In this document: positions 40,379 through 49,087 of the stretch, piece after piece
Layout: every line of letters begins with the position of its first letter
How positions within the stretch are numbered: position 1 is the stretch's first letter
DNA from: an uncultured Rhodospirillaceae bacterium
GTDB taxonomy: Bacteria > Pseudomonadota > Alphaproteobacteria > UBA9219
Length of the DNA: 64,000 nt
Assembly (NCBI GenBank): GCA_964587125.1
Contig: CAZPKC010000001.1
Coordinates: 163,945 to 227,944 of the forward strand
Direction: 5' to 3'
Translations under genes and position numbers: made by a program
Notes under the pieces: generated by a model
The model's database searches: none
Told to the model about the DNA's origin: nothing
The model's input: only the letters and a program-made list of their open reading frames with translations

Positions 40379-41512
40379 TTATCTTGCCCGCGCCGCAACG
40401 CGAACCAGCGTTTCTTCTTCCTCGGCTTCTGCGGCTTTCCACACGAACCTGACGCGGTTCTGGATGCCCGTCAGAAGATCGTACGACACGCGGTCGCTAA
40501 AGGCCGACAGTTCTTCGATCGGAAGGTCCTCGCCCCATAACGTGACTTTGTCGCCGACGACGGCGTCGGCGCAGGGGCGCAAATCGACCGCAGCCATGTC
40601 CATCGCGACGCGTCCGACCAAGGGGCAGCGTTCGCCGTCGACCAGAACGACGGCGCCCGGCCTTACGATGCGCGGAAAGCCGTCGCCGTAGCCGACCGAC
40701 GCGATGCCCACCGGCATGTCTTCGGGGCAGGTAAAGGCCGCGCCGTAGCCGACGTTGTCGCCGCGCCTGAATTTCTGGACCGCGATAAGCTCGGTCCGGA
40801 AGTTCATGACCGGTTTGAGCCCCAGCGATTCCGCCGACCGTCCTTCCAAAGGCGACGCGCCATAAAGCGCGAGGCCCGGGCGAATCCAGTCATACTGCAT
40901 CTCGGGAAAAGCGAAGGCCGCGGCGGAATTACAGAAGCTTTTTTGGCCGGGCTTATCTTTAATAAATTTTTGGAACGCGGCGATTTGCTTTTGGTTTATC
41001 GGTTTTTCGGGTTCGTCGGCGCAGGCAAAGTGCGACATGATTCCGACGGGTTGATGCACCGAGGAACTTTCCGATAAAATTCGAAACGCCTGCGCTTCCG
41101 TTTCGGGGGAAAATCCGAGACGTCCCATCCCCGTGTCGATTTTAAGCCACGCGTGAATTTTCGACGGAAGTTTCGCTTGTTTCAGCCACTCGACCTGATG
41201 ATCGCTGTGAAAGACGACGGAAAATCCCTGTTCGGAAGCCAAGGCCAGTTCTTCCGGCGCGAAAACGCCTTCGATCAGCGTGATCGGCGTTTGGACTTTG
41301 GCTTGGCGCAACGCTATCGCCTCGTCGATGCAGGCCACGCCCAAGGCGTCAACGGAACCTTCCAATCTTTGCGAAACAGAACGGATCCCGTGCCCATAGC
41401 CGTTGGCTTTGACCATCGCCATGACTTTGGCTCTCGGCGCTCGAGCTTTGATCGTCTCAAGGTTATGAAGCAGGTTCGCCGTCGAAAGCGTGCAAAGTGT
41501 TTTCCGTGCCAT
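40379..41512 (-). CDS. alr: alanine racemase
   Basis: AMVKANGYGHG (PLP Lys), KIDTGMGRLGF, RPGLALYG, GYGDG and GRVAMD. Confidence 0.97.
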   Translation of the reverse strand: MARKTLCTLSTANLLHNLETIKARAPRAKVMAMVKANGYGHGIRSVSQRLEGSVDALGVACIDEAIALRQAKVQTPITLIEGVFAPEELALASEQGFSVVFHSDHQVEWLKQAKLPSKIHAWLKIDTGMGRLGFSPETEAQAFRILSESSSVHQPVGIMSHFACADEPEKPINQKQIAAFQKFIKDKPGQKSFCNSAAAFAFPEMQYDWIRPGLALYGASPLEGRSAESLGLKPVMNFRTELIAVQKFRRGDNVGYGAAFTCPEDMPVGIASVGYGDGFPRIVRPGAVVLVDGERCPLVGRVAMDMAAVDLRPCADAVVGDKVTLWGEDLPIEELSAFSDRVSYDLLTGIQNRVRFVWKAAEAEEEETLVRVAARAR

Positions 41513-41710
41513 CTATTCAAAGTCCCTGCATAAATAAGTAGATCAATCCTGTTGAGAGCCTTTTGCAAGGTGTAGGCCAACGGATTGATACTTAAGCCCT
41601 ATTATGACGCACATGCGAACGCATGCACTAATATGTTGATAGGTATACGATATTCCACGGAAAAGGCAATGTTTTTGCGAACCCCGAACTTAAGGGGTTA
41701 AAGGCTTGGA

Positions 41711-42526
41711 TTATCCCAATTCCGTCTGGCTCAAAATGCCGCCGACGCGCACAGGCTCGATCTTCACAGCCAGTCCCGTCGCGTCGTCCGTCGTCACCGC
41801 CACGCCGCAAACCGTCGCGGGCCCTTCGGCGGGAGACTTGCGTTCGGGCGGCGGCGTTTGGCGCGTGAATCGCCAAATGGCGGTGTCTTTTTTTATACCG
41901 ACGACGCTGTCGTAATCGCCGCACATGCCCGCGTCGGACATATAGGCCGTCCCGCGAGGCAAAATATGCTCATCCGAGGTGGGAATATGCGTGTGCGTGC
42001 CGATGACCGCGCTGACGCGTCCGTCGAAAACGTGCGCGAAGGCCATTTTTTCGGATGTCGCCTCGCCGTGAAGATCGACGAAAATTTGCAAGTTTCCGGA
42101 AAGTTTGCGCGCACCCAAAAATTTTTCCATCGCGGCGAAGGGATCGTCGAGCGACGGTTCGACAAACAACCGCGTCATCGCGTTGACGATCAAAAGCTTG
42201 CGCCCGCCGAGCGCGGAAAGCGGATAAAAACCGCTTCCCGGGGTCCCTTCGGGATAATTCAAGGGCCGAACGATGCGGGGTTCGCGATCGATCGAGGTCA
42301 AAAGTTCCTTTTGCTTCCACGCGTGATTGCCCAAAGTCAGGCAGGAAACGCCCTGAGCCAGAAATTCTTCCGCCATTTTCATCGTGACGCCAAGGCCGCC
42401 CGCCGCGTTTTCGGCATTGACAATGATCGCGTCCGGCTTGAAGCGTTCTTTAAGTTTCGGCAAATGCTGCGCCAGCCCTTCGCGCCCGCTGCGCCCCACG
42501 ACATCGCCAAAAAACAAAATAATCAT
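41711..42526 (-). CDS. TIGR00282/YmdB family metallophosphoesterase
   Basis: FGDVVG, NAENAAGG, TLGNH, DLHGEATSEK and GTHTH. Confidence 0.95.
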   Translation of the reverse strand: MIILFFGDVVGRSGREGLAQHLPKLKERFKPDAIIVNAENAAGGLGVTMKMAEEFLAQGVSCLTLGNHAWKQKELLTSIDREPRIVRPLNYPEGTPGSGFYPLSALGGRKLLIVNAMTRLFVEPSLDDPFAAMEKFLGARKLSGNLQIFVDLHGEATSEKMAFAHVFDGRVSAVIGTHTHIPTSDEHILPRGTAYMSDAGMCGDYDSVVGIKKDTAIWRFTRQTPPPERKSPAEGPATVCGVAVTTDDATGLAVKIEPVRVGGILSQTELG

Positions 42527-43608
42527 CGAATGCCTCCCTCGGACGGGGGGCACAGCCCGTCGCCGAATAACGCGGACATGCCGCACGCCGAACCGAACAA
42601 GGTTACCGCGTCATTCGCGCCCTCCCTGGTCTTGGCGAAAATTTGGGTGCGCTCGGCGACGTCGCCGTAGAGCGTATGCAGGTACAGCCGGTAATTTTCG
42701 GCGCGCGACGCGCTGTCCGCGCCTTGCATCAGCGCCGCGCATGTGGTGTCGAGGAACGTATTAGGGTTTTTCCCCTCCGCGCTCAGATAGGTTATCGACC
42801 GCGTGGCGTAATCTTCCTTGGCGGCGTTCGCGCCCGCGCGACGCCCATAGGCGTTCAGTTTTTCGAGGCCATAAGGATAGTCGTTAACGGAAGGGCACGC
42901 CGACGCGTCGGGAAGGCCGAAGCCGTTTTTGCCTCCCAGAGGGCGCGAAGCCGTCAGATAAAGATAAGACGACGGCGACGCGAGGACATAGCGCAAGCCG
43001 ATGTTTTGCCTGCTCACGGCGCCGTACGCGGCGGAAAACGCGGCATATCGCTGAATGAAATTCGCGCCCGCGCCGAATCCCGCGATGACGATTTCCTTCA
43101 AATCCGGAAAAGCGTTGCGGTCGGACAAATACATCAAAAGCAAATCCATAACCGTGAAGGAACTGACGCTTTTCGTCGACGGAACCGGCATGGAATCGTC
43201 GCCCGAACTCCATCCCAAGACCTGCCACGCGGCGAAGCCCCGGCCTCTGTCGGGAAGATAATCGGCAAAACGAACGATGTCGGAGGGAAGCAAAAATTGC
43301 GGCGCAAGAATAATCGTCGCCGCGTTCTGGCTTCCGGCCAAAGCCGAAATGACGGCCAGCGCGGCGTTCGCGTCGCGGGATTCGTCATGAACGACCACGA
43401 TCGCGCGCGTCAGGCCCGCATGAATCCCTTCGAGCGGGTGATTGGCGGCAAGAGGAACCAGTTGCGGTTCGGCGTCGGCAGGCGCATCGAACGGCAGCAC
43501 GGGAAAATAGGCGGTCGCGGGAACGGTCTCGTCCGCGCGCGCAGAGCCGGAGACACCGAGCGGCGGCCCGACGAAGAAAAAAAACGTTAGAAGAAGAAAA
43601 ATACGCAT
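42523..43608 (-). CDS. secreted alpha/beta-hydrolase-like protein
   Basis: signal peptide; VIAGFGAGANFIQRYA at the nucleophile elbow position (Gly where Ser is expected); YPYGL. Confidence 0.65.
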   Translation of the reverse strand: MRIFLLLTFFFFVGPPLGVSGSARADETVPATAYFPVLPFDAPADAEPQLVPLAANHPLEGIHAGLTRAIVVVHDESRDANAALAVISALAGSQNAATIILAPQFLLPSDIVRFADYLPDRGRGFAAWQVLGWSSGDDSMPVPSTKSVSSFTVMDLLLMYLSDRNAFPDLKEIVIAGFGAGANFIQRYAAFSAAYGAVSRQNIGLRYVLASPSSYLYLTASRPLGGKNGFGLPDASACPSVNDYPYGLEKLNAYGRRAGANAAKEDYATRSITYLSAEGKNPNTFLDTTCAALMQGADSASRAENYRLYLHTLYGDVAERTQIFAKTREGANDAVTLFGSACGMSALFGDGLCPPSEGGIR

Positions 43609-43691
43609 GAAGGAAACATTTAAAGGACTTTTTGCGGGATTCGGCAAGAAATCTCTCCGAACTCTTGCTTTTCTCCCTGTTCTTGCGAAGA

Positions 43692-44906
43692 ATGCTCGGC
43701 ATGACGAGCGTTCTCGATAAGAATCAACAAGCGAAAATCCTGACCCCGGACGCGCGGCGATTGATGTCGGCTTTGGGCGGACAGGCGCGCGTGGTGGGCG
43801 GAGCGGTGCGCGACGTTCTTTTGGGGCGCGCCGTCGGCGATATCGATCTGGCCTCGGCCTTGCCGCCCGAACGCGTGATGGAAATTCTGGGAACGGCGGG
43901 AATCAAAACCGCGCCGACCGGATTTGCTCACGGCACGGTCACGGCCATCATCGATCATAAAGGCTATGAAATCACGACGCTGCGGCGCGACGTGCAGACC
44001 GACGGACGCCACGCCGAAGTCGCCTTTACCGGCGATTGGCGGGAAGACGCCGCGCGGCGCGATTTCACGCTTAACGCGCTTTACGTCGATGCGGACGGAA
44101 ATTTGTACGATTATTTCGGCGGCGCGGAGGACGCGAAAGAAGGGCGCGTGAAATTTATCGGCGATGCGCGCGCGCGCATCCGCGAAGACGTTCTGCGCAT
44201 TTTGCGTTTTTTCCGGTTCACCGCGTTTTTCGGAAAAGGCGACGCGGATAAGGAAGCCCTCGCCGCTTGCCGCGAATTGGCCGGGCTTATTCCGAAACTT
44301 TCCGCCGAACGCATCGCCCGCGAGTTCATAAAATTAGCGTCGGCGGAAAATCCCCTCCCTGCCCTGCGTTTGATGAAAGACGGCGGCGTTTTGGATTCTT
44401 TCTTGCCGGAAGCCGCGGATTTATCCCGCCTGCGCGCTTTGCTTGAAACGGAGAAAAAACAAAACGCCGCGCCGGATGCTTTGATCCGGTTTGCCGCCCT
44501 GCTGCCGGAGGACGAAAATATCGCCGCAGCCGTTTCCGCGCGGCTTAAGCTTTCGAACCGCGACGCCGAAACGCTTCGCGTCCTCGCCGAATTGCCGGAT
44601 GTCTTACGCGGCAATCTCGCCCCCAAAGTTTTGCGCCCCATCCTATACCGATACGGGGCGGATTATTGCCGCGCCGCCGCGTTTTTGACCGGAAAAGACA
44701 TAACCGAAGCCCTCGCCGCGATCGCCGCGTGGGACTCTCCCGTTTTTCCCGTCAAGGGCGAAGACATCGTCAAGCTTGGGATTCCTGCAGGTCCGCGCGT
44801 CGGGGAAATCCTCCGCGCCGTCGAAAAAGAGTGGATCGACGGCGGTTTTAAAGCCGACAAAGCCGCGTGCTTGGCGCGCGCCAAGGAATATGGGAAAAAT
44901 CCTTGA
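43692..44906 (+). CDS. cca: CCA-adding tRNA nucleotidyltransferase
   Basis: VGGAVRD, DIDLA, EITTLRRD, RRDFTLNA and EDVLRILRFFRF. Confidence 0.95.
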   Translation: MLGMTSVLDKNQQAKILTPDARRLMSALGGQARVVGGAVRDVLLGRAVGDIDLASALPPERVMEILGTAGIKTAPTGFAHGTVTAIIDHKGYEITTLRRDVQTDGRHAEVAFTGDWREDAARRDFTLNALYVDADGNLYDYFGGAEDAKEGRVKFIGDARARIREDVLRILRFFRFTAFFGKGDADKEALAACRELAGLIPKLSAERIAREFIKLASAENPLPALRLMKDGGVLDSFLPEAADLSRLRALLETEKKQNAAPDALIRFAALLPEDENIAAAVSARLKLSNRDAETLRVLAELPDVLRGNLAPKVLRPILYRYGADYCRAAAFLTGKDITEALAAIAAWDSPVFPVKGEDIVKLGIPAGPRVGEILRAVEKEWIDGGFKADKAACLARAKEYGKNP

Positions 44907-44967
44907 CCTAACCTTAAAGTTGGGATAAATCATAAGTCCTCGATTGTCATTCATATGGAGGATTCAT

Positions 44968-45510
44968 ATGGCTTCCCGTTCGCGCCGCCGCCCCGTTTCG
45001 ACCGACAAAAGATTCCGCAAAATTTACGGCAAAGGCGATCACGGAACGCCCGAACGCTGGCAGCATTCGGGCTGCACGTTCGAGCTGACCGACCGCGCGG
45101 GCATTTTGGCCGCGCGCGCAACGGAAGAGCATATTCTCGATATTTTGGGATTGAAGCTTCTGCTCAACGCATTGCAAATCGAAGCGGGAATGAAATTCAA
45201 GGCCGATTACCACGCGGCGGCAATCGCAGCGCACGTTACCGGAAGTTATTCCGGTCTTTCGAGCGCGCGGGATTTTTTCCGCGCCGAACGCGAACGCACG
45301 GACGCCGAAGAAGCGGCCTACCGCCGGTGGAGGGCCGCCGTGCGCGAATTGGGCCTGCGCCACGGCACGGCGGTCATTTCCGTCGTCTGCCACGACGAAG
45401 CTCCCCTGCCCCGCGACCTGGCCGCCTTGCAAGACGGCCTCGATAAATTGGCGGCGTGGTACGGGATGGGAAAAAACTCAAACGCCCATTCCACACAAAG
45501 GAAAGGTTAG
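44968..45510 (+). CDS. DUF6456-like protein (GafA/GafZ-type GTA or phage late regulator)
   Basis: Q..AG.K...DY..A...VTG.Y, A.RRW.AA..ELG...V..VVC and L..GL..LA.WYG pattern; GGAGG RBS. Confidence 0.65.
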   Translation: MASRSRRRPVSTDKRFRKIYGKGDHGTPERWQHSGCTFELTDRAGILAARATEEHILDILGLKLLLNALQIEAGMKFKADYHAAAIAAHVTGSYSGLSSARDFFRAERERTDAEEAAYRRWRAAVRELGLRHGTAVISVVCHDEAPLPRDLAALQDGLDKLAAWYGMGKNSNAHSTQRKG

Positions 45511-45641
45511 ACCGCCCCCTCTTTCGTCATTCCGCAAAAGTTTCTTTCGCTGCGCGAAGAGAAACTTTATGCGGAATCCGATTTGGTTTTCTTTTTGTCG
45601 CCTCTTTACATCCGCGCGCAAAAAAGTAAGAATGCGCGAGC

Positions 45642-46073
45642 ATGTTTTCCCGCCGCATCTTTATCCTCATCGCCGTTTTCGTTTCCGCCGCGCTGCTTTC
45701 CGGCTGCGCGGACAGCCTTCGCCGCGACGACGACGCGGCAAAAGCCAAAACGCGCATGATCGGCATGTCGCGCGTCGAAGTTCTCTCCTGCATGGGCCCA
45801 CCCAAGAAAAAAGCGCACGAGGACACAGTCGAAGTCTGGTCCTATCTTTCGACCGACGACACGGGCACTTCCAGAGGAAACGGCTATAAGCCGACCCCCT
45901 TAAATTTTTGGGGAAGTTCGCATGAAAAAAGCTTTTGCACCGTCAACGTCGTGATGAAAGACGGAGTCGTGACGGCGATCCATTACCTCGGCCCGACAAA
46001 AACGAGTTTTTATAACGACAATGACCAATGCGGCTTCGCCGTCGCCGCCTGCGTCGAACACGGCGCGGAGTAA
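45642..46073 (+). CDS. outer-membrane lipoprotein (SmpA/BamE-like fold)
   Basis: lipobox LLSGC; IGMSRVEVLSCMGPP and EVWSY. Confidence 0.75.
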   Translation: MFSRRIFILIAVFVSAALLSGCADSLRRDDDAAKAKTRMIGMSRVEVLSCMGPPKKKAHEDTVEVWSYLSTDDTGTSRGNGYKPTPLNFWGSSHEKSFCTVNVVMKDGVVTAIHYLGPTKTSFYNDNDQCGFAVAACVEHGAE

Positions 46074-46310
46074 TCAGGCCAAGACGTCCACCAAACTTCC
46101 CCTCGGCAATTTCGCCGTGGAAGAGCCGCCGTTTTTCGAGGCCTGCGGCACGGCGAAAACTTTCACCGGCGCGACGGCGTTCGACGACCGTTGCTGCGTT
46201 TGCTGAACGGCCGTCAGCACCTGCGTGCTGCGCAAACTGTTCGTCTGCAACGCCGTCTGAGCGCGCTGGGTCGATGGAAGGGATGTGGAGCTTCCGATAG
46301 AGTCAATCAT
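46074..46310 (-). CDS. small Ser/Thr/Gln-rich hypothetical protein
   Basis: low-complexity 78 aa ending in PRGSLVDVLA. Confidence 0.6.
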   Translation of the reverse strand: MIDSIGSSTSLPSTQRAQTALQTNSLRSTQVLTAVQQTQQRSSNAVAPVKVFAVPQASKNGGSSTAKLPRGSLVDVLA

Positions 46311-46723
46311 GGGTCGTCCTCTCGATCTCTCTTTTTAAAGAGGTACCCTGTCCTAGGCTCTTGGTGAACGCGATCATCCTAATCACGTTTATTCGCGATA
46401 TGCGCGGAAGCGAAAACGCTTCAAGCCGAATCAATCGCTTATCTGGTTAAAAAAGCTAGTCCAACGAGTCGCCTTTGTCAAAAAAAGGGATAATATCGTC
46501 GTCATCCCGCAAAAGCCGCCTTTTTGCACTCGCAAAAAGGCGGCTTTATGCGGAATCCGATTGTTTTTCTTACATAAAAACATTAAAAGGGAAAAATCTC
46601 ATTTATTTTATCATTTTGTGTGATTTTTCCCTTGACTCGCCCTTTCGAAAGGCGTATTGACACTCCCACGGCGCATTGTATCCCGACTTCGCCAAGCAAG
46701 CCAAAATAAAACTCCCCGAACAA

Positions 46724-46870
46724 TAGACCTCTTGCATAACCCGCTCGGACGAGGGGAATGCGAGAAGCGAGGAGCGCAGGACCGCAAGCGTACTCCAACG
46801 TACGTGCGGATCCGAGCACCGAAGCGACAAAGCAGTCACCCGTCCGAGTTAGGGTTAGGCAAGGGGTCTA
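46724..46870. mobile_element. 147-nt palindromic element resembling Rickettsia RPE-1
   Basis: terminal inverted repeats tagacctcttgcataac / gttaggcaaggggtcta; internal gcgtac...gtacgtg...cgagcaccg core; TA at both ends. Confidence 0.7.
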
Positions 46871-46872
46871 AA

Positions 46873-47226
46873 ATGACCGAAAACGAAAACCCTCTGGCTG
46901 ACGAAGCCGTAGACACGCTGCATGGCCTGATGAAGGACAGCGAAAGCGATTCGGACAAGATCAGGGCCGCGAAAATCCTTCTCGACCGCGCTGCGCCGAA
47001 AGAAGACGATGAAGCAAAAAAACACGAAGCTGAAGAACGTGACGCTGCGTTTACAGAGGCGTATGGACTCCTTACGGAACTTGCCCGCTACAAATATGCA
47101 TTCCATCGCCTCCAGAATGCGCTGGCTGAAGCAAGCAAGGCCCCAGCAGCTGACCCCGCCCGGCAATTGGCGGATTTGGCTGATTTTGGCTGGGCGCGGC
47201 TGGGGGAAGACGAGAACGGGGGCTGA
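46873..47226 (+). CDS. putative small terminase-like protein
   Basis: helical DKIRAAKILLDRA segment; overlaps the 5' end of the large terminase. Confidence 0.55.
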   Translation: MTENENPLADEAVDTLHGLMKDSESDSDKIRAAKILLDRAAPKEDDEAKKHEAEERDAAFTEAYGLLTELARYKYAFHRLQNALAEASKAPAADPARQLADLADFGWARLGEDENGG

Positions 47227-47557
47227 GGATATTGCCCATTACGTTCTCTGGAACCCGGGCGTGCGCGTCGGCGTGATAGCCCCTACTTATGCCGACGCGC
47301 GCGATACCTGCGTCGAGGGCGAAAGCGGCCTTTTGGAAACGATTCCTCCCGCCTGCATCGAGAAATGGAACCGCTCGATGGGCGAGATGATGCTCAAAAA
47401 CGGAAGCCGCATCAAATTATTCTCCGCCGACCAGCCAGAGCGGCTGCGCGGCCCGCAGCATCACCGCGTGTGGTGCGACGAAATGGGAGCTTGGGGAAAG
47501 CGCGAAGCCTTCGATCAGCTCTTTTTCGGATTGCGCTTGGGTAAACCCGTTACATAA
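47009..47557 (+). pseudogene. large terminase, ATPase N-terminal half only (GTA g2-like), truncated
   Basis: W...ARPQQLTPPGNWRIWLILAGRGWGKTRTGAE (Walker A), ERLRGPQ, WCDE (Walker B); breaks after GLRLG; nuclease domain absent. Confidence 0.9.
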
Positions 47558-47802
47558 ACCCTGATACCGGTCAATCAGTAGTGATCGATAATTCGACAGG
47601 CTCTGTTATCCATGTAGGCGGTCAAGATTTTCAGTATGGAATAGAAAGCGGAGACCTGCCTAACGCACAAATCAGACCGGGAACTTTCAGCTCAGGGAGC
47701 GCGGGTGGTGGTGGAGGTGGAGGCGGTGGAGGCGGTGGAGGTGGAATGTTTGGCCATATATTTCCAAAAATTCCCGGTGATTCAGAACAAGAATTAGAAT
47801 AG
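47545..47802 (+). pseudogene. C-terminal toxin fragment (colicin E5-like RNase) with a poly-Gly tail
   Basis: hand translation TRYINPDTGQSVVIDNSTGSVIHVGGQDFQYG; 14 Gly codons at 47704-47745; 5' part missing. Confidence 0.6.
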
Positions 47803-47828
47803 GATATTGCAAAACACGGGTGATAGAA

Positions 47829-48164
47829 ATGCAAGAACCAGCATGGATTTCAATACTACCGCCGGACTTGACAAAAATGGCCTATCGAGCGGGAGCAGAA
47901 TTGGCGTGGCCTCGCGATCAGGCTTTGCGTGTTTTAGATTTGTTGAACAAGAAAAAATATATCATCGTCGGCGTGGAAACTTGGATTCCTACCAAACCGG
48001 GACCAACACCGCTCATTAATGATTGGACTCCTGAGCGCGCAAAAAAATCCGATTCATTTCCCCAAACTGCACAAAATTTTGTTTCCGCCTTCAAGCGCGA
48101 TCCGGCTGAAAATGGGGGGGTAGCTACCATTTTTTGTATTTCTGCACTACGTCCTAAGAATTAG
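47829..48164 (+). CDS. immunity protein, Imm40-like
   Basis: AELAWPRDQALRVLDLL...IIVGVETW pattern; lies directly downstream of the toxin fragment. Confidence 0.6.
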   Translation: MQEPAWISILPPDLTKMAYRAGAELAWPRDQALRVLDLLNKKKYIIVGVETWIPTKPGPTPLINDWTPERAKKSDSFPQTAQNFVSAFKRDPAENGGVATIFCISALRPKN

Positions 48165-48185
48165 ACATACAGCACGGGTCTGCGC

Positions 48186-49082
48186 GTGATCGCGGGCATA
48201 GATCATTGGCTGTGCCCGATGTACCGCGACAGGCCGGAACTCGACTTCGATCCCGATGCGATAAGCGCGCTCACCGACAAGCGGCAAGCCCAATGGAGCA
48301 AAGTCCAAAACGCCAACTTCCTGACGCGCAACGAAAAGCGCGAGGCGGCGGGCTATGGCCCCGTGCCGGGCGGCGACGAGGCAGACGATTATGACGACGG
48401 GACGAAACGCGCGGCTCGGCCAAAATTTAACCCCTATCACGACGACCTAGGCCGCTTCACTTTCGGGCCAGGCGAAGATGACGATGGGGATGACGATACT
48501 TCATCGGATCAACCTCAAAGCTCGCCAAGCGGTTCAGACAGCGGCCCCGGAATTTTCGGCTTGCCGGAAAATATAGAGCATCCGGCAACCGCAACTCCGG
48601 CAAACGCGGGGCCAGCCGATAATAATTCGTTTGATGCCGATAAGGCGGTTGATACGCTAAATCAAAATGTCGACGAGCTTAAAAGACAGCAGATTGAAGA
48701 TGGACAACCTAATTTGTATGGAGAGCACGCCTGTGCACAATATGTCAGGGGCGCTTTAAACGATGGCGGTGGACTCAATGTCGGGACACCGGCAAACGGG
48801 CTAGGAAACGCTGCAGACTATGGTCCTCCACTCGAAAATGCCGGGTTTCAACCTGTCGCCAACGGCAACGCATATCCGCCGGAAGATTATACGCCTCAAG
48901 CCGGAGATGTGGCAGTTATTCAACCCACAAACGAAAACGCGAGTGGTCATATGGAGATGTATAACGGCTCGCAATGGGTTTCGGATTTTAGACAGGATGG
49001 GTTTTGGCCGGGGCCTCATTATAGGAATGAAACGCCTCATTTTGTCATTTACCGCTATCCAAACTCCTCGATAAACATATAA
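48186..49082 (+). CDS. portal C-terminal fragment fused in frame to a Cys/His (CHAP/Tae-like) amidase domain
   Basis: DHWLCPMY...DPDAISAL...W.KVQNANFLTRNEKREAAGYGPVPGGD (portal tail); KFNPYHDDLGRFT; acidic linker; CAQYVRGAL...PQAGDVAVI...SGHMEMYNGSQWVSDFRQ. Confidence 0.8.
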   Translation: MIAGIDHWLCPMYRDRPELDFDPDAISALTDKRQAQWSKVQNANFLTRNEKREAAGYGPVPGGDEADDYDDGTKRAARPKFNPYHDDLGRFTFGPGEDDDGDDDTSSDQPQSSPSGSDSGPGIFGLPENIEHPATATPANAGPADNNSFDADKAVDTLNQNVDELKRQQIEDGQPNLYGEHACAQYVRGALNDGGGLNVGTPANGLGNAADYGPPLENAGFQPVANGNAYPPEDYTPQAGDVAVIQPTNENASGHMEMYNGSQWVSDFRQDGFWPGPHYRNETPHFVIYRYPNSSINI

Positions 49083-49087
49083 AAACC

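Noticed and set aside
42526-43700. 6S RNA/ygfA expected upstream of the YmdB-family gene
   Set aside because: That position is filled by a hydrolase-like CDS; I saw no 6S-like long hairpin.
46320-46720. CtrA boxes (TTAA-N7-TTAA) upstream of the GTA-like operon
   Set aside because: No correctly spaced pair found by eye.
47014-47021. A-AAA-AAA slippery site for a terS-terL frameshift fusion
   Set aside because: terL is in the +1 frame relative to terS, so a -1 shift would not fuse them.
47807-48019. 70-aa ORF overlapping the Imm40-like gene
   Set aside because: Alternative frame with no motif; the overlapping frame has an immunity-like pattern.
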